From sequence record OQ790161.1: a DNA stretch of 64,000 nt, one strand, 5' to 3'. The stretch's first letter is position 1. Every line of letters begins with the position of its first letter. A program made the position numbers and the translations under genes. Below are positions 27,349 through 36,033 of the stretch, piece by piece. The notes under the pieces are model-generated. The model saw nothing but the letters and a program-made list of their open reading frames with translations, made no database searches and was not told the origin of the DNA.

Positions 27349-27807
27349 ATGGTCATCTACGAAGGAGCAGGCAACGTGTTTGCCTGCCACATGCAAACGA
27401 TCGTGTGTAGCATCAACACGGTTGGGGCCATGGGTAAGGGGATTGCCCTGTCGTTCAAGAACTACGTTCCTGGACTGTACGAGTACTACCGTGAGCGCTA
27501 TCGGGATAAGGAACCTGACTTCCCGAGCGTGAACCGTCTTGAGGTGTACACGGTGGATGAGCAGCGCAAGGTGCTGCTGTTTCCCACCAAGGATCATTTC
27601 AAGTACCCCTCCAAGTTGTGGATGATCGAACAGAACCTGCGTCAGCTGGCTCAGCGGTACGAAGAGCTCGGCATCACCTCGATAGGCATGCCCTTGATTG
27701 GCTGCGGTGTCAACACCGGACAGCTCAATTGGGAAAAGCAAGTGCGCCCATTAGTCTACGACTACTTGGATCCCTTGCCGCTGCCTGTTAAGATTCTCAC
27801 CGGTTAA
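27349..27807 (+). CDS. Macrodomain protein (DarG/Appr-1-p processing-like ADP-ribose hydrolase)
   Basis: TIVCSINTVGAMGKGIALSFK, LLFPTKDH and SIGMPLIGCG..GQLNW. Confidence 0.85.
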   Translation: MVIYEGAGNVFACHMQTIVCSINTVGAMGKGIALSFKNYVPGLYEYYRERYRDKEPDFPSVNRLEVYTVDEQRKVLLFPTKDHFKYPSKLWMIEQNLRQLAQRYEELGITSIGMPLIGCGVNTGQLNWEKQVRPLVYDYLDPLPLPVKILTG

Positions 27808-27812
27808 TGGAT

Positions 27813-27846
27813 ACTCCCCCCACCCTTCGGGGTGGGGGCATATGCC
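27813..27846 (+). terminator. Hairpin, UUCG loop, TATGCC flank
   Basis: cccccaccc-ttcg-gggtggggg-catatgcc. Confidence 0.7.
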
Positions 27847-27861
27847 CTTGATTGAACAGGA

Positions 27862-27887
27862 TTTCAAAACTATACTGTTCCGGTGAA
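27862..27887 (+). promoter_or_regulatory. Putative phage promoter TTTC-N7-TACT-N7-TG
   Basis: TTTC aaaacta TACT gttccgg TGAA. Confidence 0.55.
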
Positions 27888-27970
27888 CACAGGCAATGAA
27901 CAACTGTCTGCGGTCCACTTAACCCATCGCGTGGCCATAGGGCGTCACGTCTACTCAAAGGAGCATCACC

Positions 27971-28396
27971 ATGAACTACAATCTCAACGCTGTCCTCGAA
28001 GCAAACCTGCGCCAGTTGACCGCTAACACGGTGCGCATTGAAGCTGACAATCAAAATCTGCAGGCGTCCCTGTATTCGCAGGAAGACGTCTTGGAGTTCT
28101 TCCGCGAGACCTACGAAGACAAGTCGTTGGCTGAACGCATGGAGATGGTCCACGACTTGCAGCGTCAGGTGGAGTCGATGGAAAACCTCGTCGATCTGCT
28201 TGCCGAATGCAAGTATAAGTTCGAGAAAGAAATCCCGACCATCCTCACCAACGTGCACGTGCGTCCGCAGTTGGCCAACGACTACGTGCAGGCCACGCGT
28301 CTGTACGCTGAGAACGTTGACGCACTGGTCAACACGATGGCTGCGCATACCCGCGTCCACCGTTCGCTCCAGAACATGCTGTCGGGTCCGATGTAA
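27971..28396 (+). CDS. Hypothetical coiled-coil protein
   Basis: AAGGAG RBS; helical heptad pattern. Confidence 0.7.
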   Translation: MNYNLNAVLEANLRQLTANTVRIEADNQNLQASLYSQEDVLEFFRETYEDKSLAERMEMVHDLQRQVESMENLVDLLAECKYKFEKEIPTILTNVHVRPQLANDYVQATRLYAENVDALVNTMAAHTRVHRSLQNMLSGPM

Positions 28397-28452
28397 TCCA
28401 GTCACCATCGCGCGGTCAATCCCGACCGCGCTCACTCTGCAAGGAAACGAAC

Positions 28453-28818
28453 ATGAGCAAGTTGCAGCACATCCAGCTGGCCACCAATCTGGCCGGTCAG
28501 CACACCGTGACCTTCCTGGCCTCCGCCGAGTACCAGGCCAATGTCGCCATGCTGGAAGACACCCTCACCAAGGGCGAAGCCGAATCCAAGCAGCTCATCA
28601 ACGAAAGCCGTACGTCGCGCAAGCGTCTGCTGCGTCGCCTGAAGAACCTGCGCAAGACCATCGAAGCCTTCGGCCCGTTCGGTAAGGGCAAGGAAGATCG
28701 CATCGCCGCCGATGCCCTCAAGAAGATCTACAACGACTTCCTCGAGGACGTCAACGAGACCGACGCAGATCTCACCGCTGCGGTGGAAACCTTCAACGCA
28801 CTTTACAAGGCCAACTGA
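28453..28818 (+). CDS. Hypothetical coiled-coil protein
   Basis: AAGGA RBS; strong codon bias. Confidence 0.7.
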   Translation: MSKLQHIQLATNLAGQHTVTFLASAEYQANVAMLEDTLTKGEAESKQLINESRTSRKRLLRRLKNLRKTIEAFGPFGKGKEDRIAADALKKIYNDFLEDVNETDADLTAAVETFNALYKAN

Positions 28819-28820
28819 TC

Positions 28821-29264
28821 ATGAAGCAGGAACTCATCGACGCGCGCCGCGCTGTCATCATCAAGATGCTGGAAGACCTGGACGATCTGCGCCAGTTCTA
28901 TTTCGGCAACCTCAAGGCGCTGGTGGAAAAGAGCGATTCGGTGGACAAGCGGTTGTTCGAACAAAACCGTGAACGCCTGAACCAGCTGACCGAACTGCTC
29001 ACCGAGATGGTCACCGGCCTGCGGAATCGCGATCCAATGAACGCGGTGCTCTACCTGGAAAAGGTTGACTCGATTCCGAAGACCCCGCAGGACTTCGAAG
29101 GTCTGTCCATCCGTCAGCTGCGTACGCTGTTGGCCATCTGGCCGGACGTGGATGGCGACGGTAACGAACTGGGAGTGCGTGTGGATGGCTTGGACAGCAT
29201 CTCGTTCCCGGCCGATCAGGTGCGCGTCATGAACGATGGCGATCTGTACCTGCGCCACAAGTGA
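28821..29264 (+). CDS. Hypothetical protein
   Basis: Adjacent to the previous stop; followed by a hairpin. Confidence 0.7.
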   Translation: MKQELIDARRAVIIKMLEDLDDLRQFYFGNLKALVEKSDSVDKRLFEQNRERLNQLTELLTEMVTGLRNRDPMNAVLYLEKVDSIPKTPQDFEGLSIRQLRTLLAIWPDVDGDGNELGVRVDGLDSISFPADQVRVMNDGDLYLRHK

Positions 29265-29305
29265 GCATAAGCCCCTCCCACCGTTTGGTGGGAGGGGTAT
29301 GTGCC
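29265..29305. terminator. Bidirectional hairpin, GCATAAG family
   Basis: gcataag-cccctcccacc-gttt-ggtgggagggg-tatgtgcc. Confidence 0.75.
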
Positions 29306-29325
29306 GGACGTTTTGTTTTTTGTCC

Positions 29326-32235
29326 TTAGGTCGAGCTGTGCTGCACGAAGGCGACCATGACGTCGTCTTCCACACCGATCGTACCGTCAGCCTTGGCCAC
29401 CGCCTTCTTGCGGATGGACAGACGTGCCGAGTGATCGATCAGGGTCACCGTGTCATACCCGTCCGCCCCGCCCAGACCAGAGACCTGCACCGCGATCGAA
29501 TCGCCGGAGACCTGCAACTGGAGTGCGGAGATGATGCCGGAGATGGACACCACCGAGTTCTGCAACTGCTCGTGGATGACCGAGATGGCCGCATTGGTGA
29601 GGGCCGTACGCAGCGCCGCATCGCGGTACTGACTACCGGAGAGGTAGAAGGTAACCGAGAAGCTCTGGGCCGAGTTGATCGAGACGGTCTTGTCTTCCAT
29701 GACCTTGACGTTGATGTTACCCAACGTCGCCTTGGGATACAGGAACAGACTGGTCTGCTCCAGCAGTGCATCTTGCACCAGCGCAATGTCTTCGCGCAGC
29801 CAGCCCACGATCGTACCCGGTACCTGCTCACGGTAGTCCACCGTGGGTGCATCGGTTGCGAACCAGTAGGCGCCATCGATCAGGAACAGGTCGACCTGAC
29901 GCAGCATGCGGCGGGAGGACACCACGATCGGGTTGCCTTCCACATCCATCATGACATCGCCAGCGTAGTGACGAATCACCGGGTTGCCTTGGTCATCGAG
30001 CATCGGCGAACCCTTGGCATGGAGCACGACGAACTCGACATCGCCAGCGTCGTTGACCACCCATTCCCACGCACCGGTTTGCGGATCGGTTTTGTAGATG
30101 GTGTTCTCATAGACCGCCGGGACATCACCTGCGTAGCGCATGTAGTCCTGCGAGCTGGGCACCGAACGCGAAGCGGCCCACAGGCCCTGCATGGCTGCAC
30201 CCAGTTCGACCGACAGGCGTTCCTGAGACAGGCCCAGGGCGTCGGCAGGCAAGATGTTCTTGCCCATGTCCTCATCCACCGTGGACGGCTCAAAGCCTTC
30301 GATGGCCACCTGTGCGATGGCAAAGAACACATCGAAGTCCGTGGTCAGACCACAGGCGTAGGTGTGCACCGGATCATCGAACATCTGGAAGGTATCCACG
30401 ATCAGGCTGTCGGTGACATCCAGGTCGTAGTTGGTGCCGATCAGGAAGGTGTAGACACGCTCACCTGCTTCGGTCTTACCTGCCAGCGTGCCGTTCTGGA
30501 ATGCACGGTTGCGTTCACCGGTCGGGTAGAAGCCCAACTGACAATACACCTGCGAGTCTTCCAGATCTTTCCACGTCTGTCCCGAGCGCAGCACCAGCGT
30601 GATCAGGTAGCCTTCCGGCACCCGGCTGATCTGGTAGCTCTTGACGCCCACCGAGATCACGGCCGTGGGGTTTTCTGCCACGAAGCTCTTGCTGGTGATC
30701 GAGGGCGCATCCAGGAAGTACGGACGATGCTCGAAGCGATCGTTGGTCATGTCCAGCACGTAATGGAACGGCGAGTACAGGTAGTTGTTCTCGTTGATCC
30801 GGCGGGCACGCACATCGATGGACATGGCGTTGAGCGAATCGATCGTGGTTTGCGGAACGATCGAGATCAGCCCATTGATGTTCTGATACAGCGTGGAGGG
30901 CAGCATCGTGATGCGCTCACCGTTGTCGGTGACCGTGCTCAGCTGCGCCAGGTTCTCCATCGACTCGGTCATGGTCAGCATCGTGCAGCCGGCGCCCGAG
31001 ACGGTCGAGCCGTCAATGGGTTCAGGCAGCGAACGGGTGGCCAGGAACTGCCGGTTGGTGATGTTGTCGATGTCCAACACCATGTCATAGCCCATGTCGG
31101 CCAGACGCGAACCGATGTTGACATTGGTGATCGGCACATCCACCTTGCCCAGCGAGTTGGTGATCACCCGCTCACGCAGTTCGGCCAGCGTCAACTGGGT
31201 ACGACCACCCACCACGGTTTCATCGGAGAACAGCACGTAGGTGTTGAAGGCCTTCAGCGGAGCGACGTAGATCTCTTCGCTGACCGCATCCATGTCCAAC
31301 CACTTGGCCTCGAACTGACTGTCGGTGTAGTCGGAGAGGATCATCTCCAACGGACCCTTGGTGGTATAGATGTCCAGCCGGATTTCGGTGTCCACCATCT
31401 GCGTGGTCAGGTAGACCTGCGGGATGCGCACCTGCACGTTCTGACCGATCACCTGCAAGACCGCGGTGGGCTTGTTGGGATCAAAGACTTGGTCGGTGTG
31501 CGTGGTGATCATCTCCACCCATTGGCCGGCACTGTTGGTGTAGAAGGCACGGGCGTAATGGAAGGCATCGGTGAAGCCGAAGGTGCGCTCTGCCAACTGC
31601 GAACGGTTGAGCGAGAAGCGCTGGCTCTGCAACGTCATCTGGTAGACCGGGATGTCGATGCGCAGGAACGTTTCACCGTTGTAGATCACCGTGGCCGAGG
31701 GCACGATGTTGGAGACCAGCTGTTGCAGCGGACTGGCCTTGGTGGTGTCATAGACCACCGACAGCGCGTTGTGCGTACCGATGCGGATCTCAATCGGATA
31801 CTGCATGGTGAAGGTAACTTCGGCCACCTTGAACTGCGTGTGGCGCGGAATCACGATCTTGCGCGTACCGGTGTTGCCCACGGCCACAGCGCGCTGGTAG
31901 ATCTCACCTTGGGACAGGTACAACCGGAAGGTCGTACGGGCCGGCTGGGCGAAGCGGTTGGCGTAGTCGGCATTGGACATGTGCAGGTACAGGTCTTCCT
32001 GCGACATGGACATGGACGGATACATGCGACGGTTGGTGGCTTCTTGCTCCAGGAACAGAGCCGAAACGTTGACAGCACCGGCTTCGATCAGATGCATATA
32101 CGGGTTGGTCGGATTGACGATGTCAATCGTTCCATTGAACGTAGCTTCCAGCTGATCGAGCGCATCGGTGATGACCAATTGCGGATTGGCCAAATGCCGG
32201 CGAGCATTGGCAGTCCAGTCAGGGATACTGACCAT
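29326..32235 (-). CDS. Large baseplate wedge-like virion protein
   Basis: 969 aa beta-rich protein; N-terminal NPTNPYMHLIEA and A.SQEDLY.HMS..DY resemble baseplate J/gp6-type N-termini; structural context. Confidence 0.55.
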   Translation of the reverse strand: MVSIPDWTANARRHLANPQLVITDALDQLEATFNGTIDIVNPTNPYMHLIEAGAVNVSALFLEQEATNRRMYPSMSMSQEDLYLHMSNADYANRFAQPARTTFRLYLSQGEIYQRAVAVGNTGTRKIVIPRHTQFKVAEVTFTMQYPIEIRIGTHNALSVVYDTTKASPLQQLVSNIVPSATVIYNGETFLRIDIPVYQMTLQSQRFSLNRSQLAERTFGFTDAFHYARAFYTNSAGQWVEMITTHTDQVFDPNKPTAVLQVIGQNVQVRIPQVYLTTQMVDTEIRLDIYTTKGPLEMILSDYTDSQFEAKWLDMDAVSEEIYVAPLKAFNTYVLFSDETVVGGRTQLTLAELRERVITNSLGKVDVPITNVNIGSRLADMGYDMVLDIDNITNRQFLATRSLPEPIDGSTVSGAGCTMLTMTESMENLAQLSTVTDNGERITMLPSTLYQNINGLISIVPQTTIDSLNAMSIDVRARRINENNYLYSPFHYVLDMTNDRFEHRPYFLDAPSITSKSFVAENPTAVISVGVKSYQISRVPEGYLITLVLRSGQTWKDLEDSQVYCQLGFYPTGERNRAFQNGTLAGKTEAGERVYTFLIGTNYDLDVTDSLIVDTFQMFDDPVHTYACGLTTDFDVFFAIAQVAIEGFEPSTVDEDMGKNILPADALGLSQERLSVELGAAMQGLWAASRSVPSSQDYMRYAGDVPAVYENTIYKTDPQTGAWEWVVNDAGDVEFVVLHAKGSPMLDDQGNPVIRHYAGDVMMDVEGNPIVVSSRRMLRQVDLFLIDGAYWFATDAPTVDYREQVPGTIVGWLREDIALVQDALLEQTSLFLYPKATLGNINVKVMEDKTVSINSAQSFSVTFYLSGSQYRDAALRTALTNAAISVIHEQLQNSVVSISGIISALQLQVSGDSIAVQVSGLGGADGYDTVTLIDHSARLSIRKKAVAKADGTIGVEDDVMVAFVQHSST

Positions 32236-32250
32236 CTGAGGTCCTCTAGG

Positions 32251-33348
32251 TTACGCGGTGGGAACCGCAGTGGCAACAGCGGCGGAGAGGCTGGACTGCG
32301 CCGAGGCGTTCTCAGCCATGCGCTTTTGATAGGCTTCGTTGAAGTCCCACCATTCCAGTTCATTGGTGTCCATGTTGATGCGCGGGTAGCCGCCGTAGTT
32401 GTACGTTTCCAGAATCTCACGCGGGATTCTGGTCATGTACTTCTCACGGTACAGCGGATGCATGCAGGGATTGAACATCTCACCCACGTCATTGAACTCA
32501 CGCATCAAAATCGGATCTTGATACATCGCTCCGAAGCAACGGAACGGAATCGAGATCTGGTTGGCACGGCCTTGTTCGAAGGGCGTGTCGGAAGAGAAGT
32601 CGAAAGCCTGGCCCAACGCCGAAGACGTGGGGAAGGCAGCGCCGCATGCAGCGATCTTTTGCACGTAGGTACGCGTCGGATCGAGGATGAGGCGATAGAT
32701 GCGCGTTTGGTAATCGATCTCACGCAACATCTCGCTATCCGGGTAGGGCAGCATCCGGCCTTGGTACACCAAGGACATGTAGATGAGCCACACCTGGAAG
32801 AGTAAAGATATGGGATCGCCCGCAATATTCCGGAAATTGGCTTGGAGATCGAACGCACTGTAGATGGTGTCAATGCCATCGACCATACCCCACGTCTCTT
32901 TTGCCATGCCTTCATCGGAGTTGTAATACTCCGCAATCGGATCTGGCCAACCGCTCAGCGAGAGCAGGTTGTTGGACAGCATAGCGATGAACGGCGTATT
33001 GGGATCCACCATGTGCGTGAAGTCGCCTGCGGCGTACAGCGCCTTGGACAGATCCGGGTCCAGCCATTGGCGAATAGCCGAGGGGTAATGTCCACGCTTG
33101 TTACCCTTACCCGCACCGAGGATCGACAGGCGTCGGTCAGCGGCTAGGTTATTGTATGACAAGTTTAGACGCGGCCTGGTGAAAAAGGTCAGACCTTGGT
33201 TATCCTGATTGTAAGGTACCGGATTGCCAACGCCTCGGTGGTTGAATCCCACCAATGCATTGATCATGGCCTCGGACAGGTTTCCCAAACCCGACCCGCG
33301 TGCCATCCAGTCGACCTGTTCAATCAGTTTGTCGTAGAAGTCACTCAT
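32251..33348 (-). CDS. Tail-tube-fold / baseplate virion protein
   Basis: Start reassigned to ATG 33348 (MSDFYDK); GLTFFTRP.LNL, AACGAAFP and ISIPFRC pattern of tube-like proteins. Confidence 0.5.
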   Translation of the reverse strand: MSDFYDKLIEQVDWMARGSGLGNLSEAMINALVGFNHRGVGNPVPYNQDNQGLTFFTRPRLNLSYNNLAADRRLSILGAGKGNKRGHYPSAIRQWLDPDLSKALYAAGDFTHMVDPNTPFIAMLSNNLLSLSGWPDPIAEYYNSDEGMAKETWGMVDGIDTIYSAFDLQANFRNIAGDPISLLFQVWLIYMSLVYQGRMLPYPDSEMLREIDYQTRIYRLILDPTRTYVQKIAACGAAFPTSSALGQAFDFSSDTPFEQGRANQISIPFRCFGAMYQDPILMREFNDVGEMFNPCMHPLYREKYMTRIPREILETYNYGGYPRINMDTNELEWWDFNEAYQKRMAENASAQSSLSAAVATAVPTA

Positions 33349-33375
33349 CGTTAAAGTCCAGCAAGGAAAAAGAAA

Positions 33376-34563
33376 ATGGTCGGTATTGTTGCCGCGAAGA
33401 CGGCGGTCGTCGGCGTATTGGGAGCTGTGGCAGGTATTGCCAAGACCCTCGCCACTACCCAGAAAAACGATTCGTTGGTGCAGTTCACCAGCGTCCTGCG
33501 CGCCGAGCCGATCACGATGATCGACAAGCGACTGGAACGCGTGGACTACCTGCCCGACGTCCTGCAAACCCTGCTCAGCATGTTCTGTGGTTACTACATG
33601 CAGGCGGTGTCGTGCCTGATCAAGGTCGGCGACATCAACGTCCTGCGCATGCTCGATGCACTCAACCCCAGCCGCGACGGCGCCATGGCAACCAGCTCGC
33701 TGGTCGATGCCATCAATGGCAAACAGTCGGTGGGCATGCTCTCGATGGAATCCTACGATGGCAGGGCTCTGCCCATGCCGTCTCAGGTCAGCCTCGAGGA
33801 TCTCTCCTTCGGCAAGGCGCGTGCCTTCCTGAAAGACTCCGATGCTTTCGTCAAGCGTCAACAAGTGGGCGGAACGCTCGACGGCAAACTGACTGACTCG
33901 AGCAAGGCCATCAAGGCTGCGCAGGAAGTGGTCAACCTGGCTGTGGGCAAGATTCTGGAAGTGAACGTGGAGTCCAACGGCAATCGCGGCGTATTCCCGG
34001 TGTCGGTCCGACTGGCCACCGCGGTCATCGACCACGAAGTCCTCCTTCATATTCTTGGCTCTTCCGGCCGTGACAACTCCTACCGCGAGCGCTTCCACCG
34101 CTGGAAGTCCGGCGATCTGCAGTTCTGGCGCGACCTGGTTCTGTGTCAGGACCTGATCGAGGAGAACAAGAAGCTGTTGATGAAGGACAAGACCGGTGCG
34201 CTGGCTGAACTCAATCAGCGTCGTGCAGGCAACTCGTTTGCTGCACTGGCTTCGGGCACCCCTTCGATCGGTTCGGCTTCGGCCATGGCTGTGATCTCCA
34301 AGGACACCGCCAACGAACTGGAACGCCTGAGCCTGGGCAAGTTCACCGACGTCAAGTTCCGCAACCGCATCATGCAGGACTCCATGTCCATGCTGCTGGT
34401 CGTGGTCGATACCGACTACGAAAGCATCACCATCTATACCCGCGACATCCAGCTCCCGTCCAAGTTCTCGATCCGTGAACTGAAGGCGGCCAACAAGGGC
34501 AGTGGGCCGGACATCGGCGAACTGCTCAAGATGTACAAAGCTGGCCAGTCGCCGGTCTTCTAA
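33376..34563 (+). CDS. Virion head protein (phiKZ gp89-like)
   Basis: Internal LSMES and VSLED cleavage motifs; first gene of the head cluster. Confidence 0.55.
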   Translation: MVGIVAAKTAVVGVLGAVAGIAKTLATTQKNDSLVQFTSVLRAEPITMIDKRLERVDYLPDVLQTLLSMFCGYYMQAVSCLIKVGDINVLRMLDALNPSRDGAMATSSLVDAINGKQSVGMLSMESYDGRALPMPSQVSLEDLSFGKARAFLKDSDAFVKRQQVGGTLDGKLTDSSKAIKAAQEVVNLAVGKILEVNVESNGNRGVFPVSVRLATAVIDHEVLLHILGSSGRDNSYRERFHRWKSGDLQFWRDLVLCQDLIEENKKLLMKDKTGALAELNQRRAGNSFAALASGTPSIGSASAMAVISKDTANELERLSLGKFTDVKFRNRIMQDSMSMLLVVVDTDYESITIYTRDIQLPSKFSIRELKAANKGSGPDIGELLKMYKAGQSPVF

Positions 34564-34586
34564 GCTTTCAGTCGGAGAACATTTCA

Positions 34587-35486
34587 ATGAGCCTCAAATC
34601 CTTCCTGTCCTCGCTGGTGCCGAACTTCGAACGGAACCGCATCATCGAAGACATCGACAGCCTGGCCACGGACATCGAGTCCAACCTGGCTCCCAGCTAC
34701 GACGCTGCCACCAAGCAGCTGCGCGGGCGCAAGCTTGCCTCCAACGCAGCCAAGACCATGGAGGCGATGTTCCACCTGCGCTTCCCGCAGGAACGTCAGA
34801 CCACCCATGTGGCCTTCATCACCGCCGCCCTGCTCAACTCGCTGGACGTGCTCAAGGTGATCGAGCGTCTGGTGCCGGAGCTGTTCAACCGCGACGTGAC
34901 CAAGGACTCGCTGACCTACAAGAAGGCAGCGGTGCTCCAGTACCTGTCGGTGGTGCGTTACTTCGCCGACTTCTCCGGCCGTCACCTGCTGCGCATCATC
35001 GCCGCCGAAGACGCAGCGCTGAAGGGCCAAGCCGAAGACGCCGAGCTGTTGCCGGTGGACAAGAAGTTCTTCGCCGAGAACCTGGAGACCTTCCTGCAGG
35101 TGCTGGCTGTGGTCAGCATTCCGCCGCAGGCCATCGCTGAACGTCTGGGCCAGATGCAGGACCTGTCCATCGTGGTGGACAAGATCAACACGATCTCGGC
35201 CACGCTGGGTGTGGAGAATGTGGATCCGCTGAAGCTGGGCTTCATCGGCGTCAACGCCACCTCCAGCCCGATCTACAAGATCCGTTCGGCCTACGGCAAC
35301 TACCAGGTCGCCTGCCACAACCGCAACAAGGAGCTCACCAAGGCCATCCAGTTGCGCCTGTACGCCCTCAAGGACGCGCAGGCTGGCAAGAACGACCCGA
35401 AGCTGCAGCAGCAGATCGAGTACAACACCGGCCGGCTGGCTCGCCTGAACGAGGAAATCGCAGGCTTCCAGGAACGCTACGGCTAA
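34587..35486 (+). CDS. Virion structural protein (phiKZ gp90-like)
   Basis: 299 aa; very strong codon bias; synteny. Confidence 0.55.
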   Translation: MSLKSFLSSLVPNFERNRIIEDIDSLATDIESNLAPSYDAATKQLRGRKLASNAAKTMEAMFHLRFPQERQTTHVAFITAALLNSLDVLKVIERLVPELFNRDVTKDSLTYKKAAVLQYLSVVRYFADFSGRHLLRIIAAEDAALKGQAEDAELLPVDKKFFAENLETFLQVLAVVSIPPQAIAERLGQMQDLSIVVDKINTISATLGVENVDPLKLGFIGVNATSSPIYKIRSAYGNYQVACHNRNKELTKAIQLRLYALKDAQAGKNDPKLQQQIEYNTGRLARLNEEIAGFQERYG

Positions 35487-35508
35487 GGCCGGGGCGAGGA
35501 GATAGAAC

Positions 35509-36012
35509 ATGACCATCATCGTTTATCCTCGCCTGTATACCTCTCGCCTCCCCGGAGGCGAAGGTGTCCAGGTTTCCCAAGGTGACGAAAGCATCGAACT
35601 GCTGTACAAGGTGCTCGTCGACCGCAACACCAACACCCGTGCCTGGCCGTTCCAAGCGAGCGTGCTGGAAAACGCGATGCGCCTGTTTGGCGACTTCCGC
35701 GAGTGGGCACAGGAACAGCTGTCCAACCCGAATGTGATTGGCTACAACCGCCAGTTCATCCAGGACACCTTCAACTTCATCGAGAACGGTCAGCGCGAGC
35801 TGTCGGTTCAGACGTGGCTTGACCTCGTCAGTGAAGGCGGTGCGGGTCATCATGCCCATGCCATCCCGCAGCGTCTGCTGGACACCAAGCTGCTTCTGCA
35901 AAGTTCCCAATCCTCGCTCGAGCTGATCCAGAAATGGGTGAGTCAGCGTAATGGTTTGGAGGACCTGCTCAACACCATGCACCTGCTTTTCGGCAGGGCC
36001 TGCAAATCCTGA
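35509..36012 (+). CDS. Conserved hypothetical/virion protein
   Basis: GAGGAG RBS; between structural genes. Confidence 0.6.
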   Translation: MTIIVYPRLYTSRLPGGEGVQVSQGDESIELLYKVLVDRNTNTRAWPFQASVLENAMRLFGDFREWAQEQLSNPNVIGYNRQFIQDTFNFIENGQRELSVQTWLDLVSEGGAGHHAHAIPQRLLDTKLLLQSSQSSLELIQKWVSQRNGLEDLLNTMHLLFGRACKS

Positions 36013-36033
36013 TTTTTCCCTGGAGTCTCAACC

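Noticed and set aside
29236-32805. 1189 aa plus-strand ORF
   Set aside because: Antisense shadow of the baseplate gene; high-GC codon bias removes stops on the opposite strand. No RBS or motifs.
33349-34587. N-terminal 413 aa of the 778 aa ORF 32251-34587
   Set aside because: Overlaps the real plus-strand gene 33376-34563; protein-like sequence starts only at MSDFYDK (33348).
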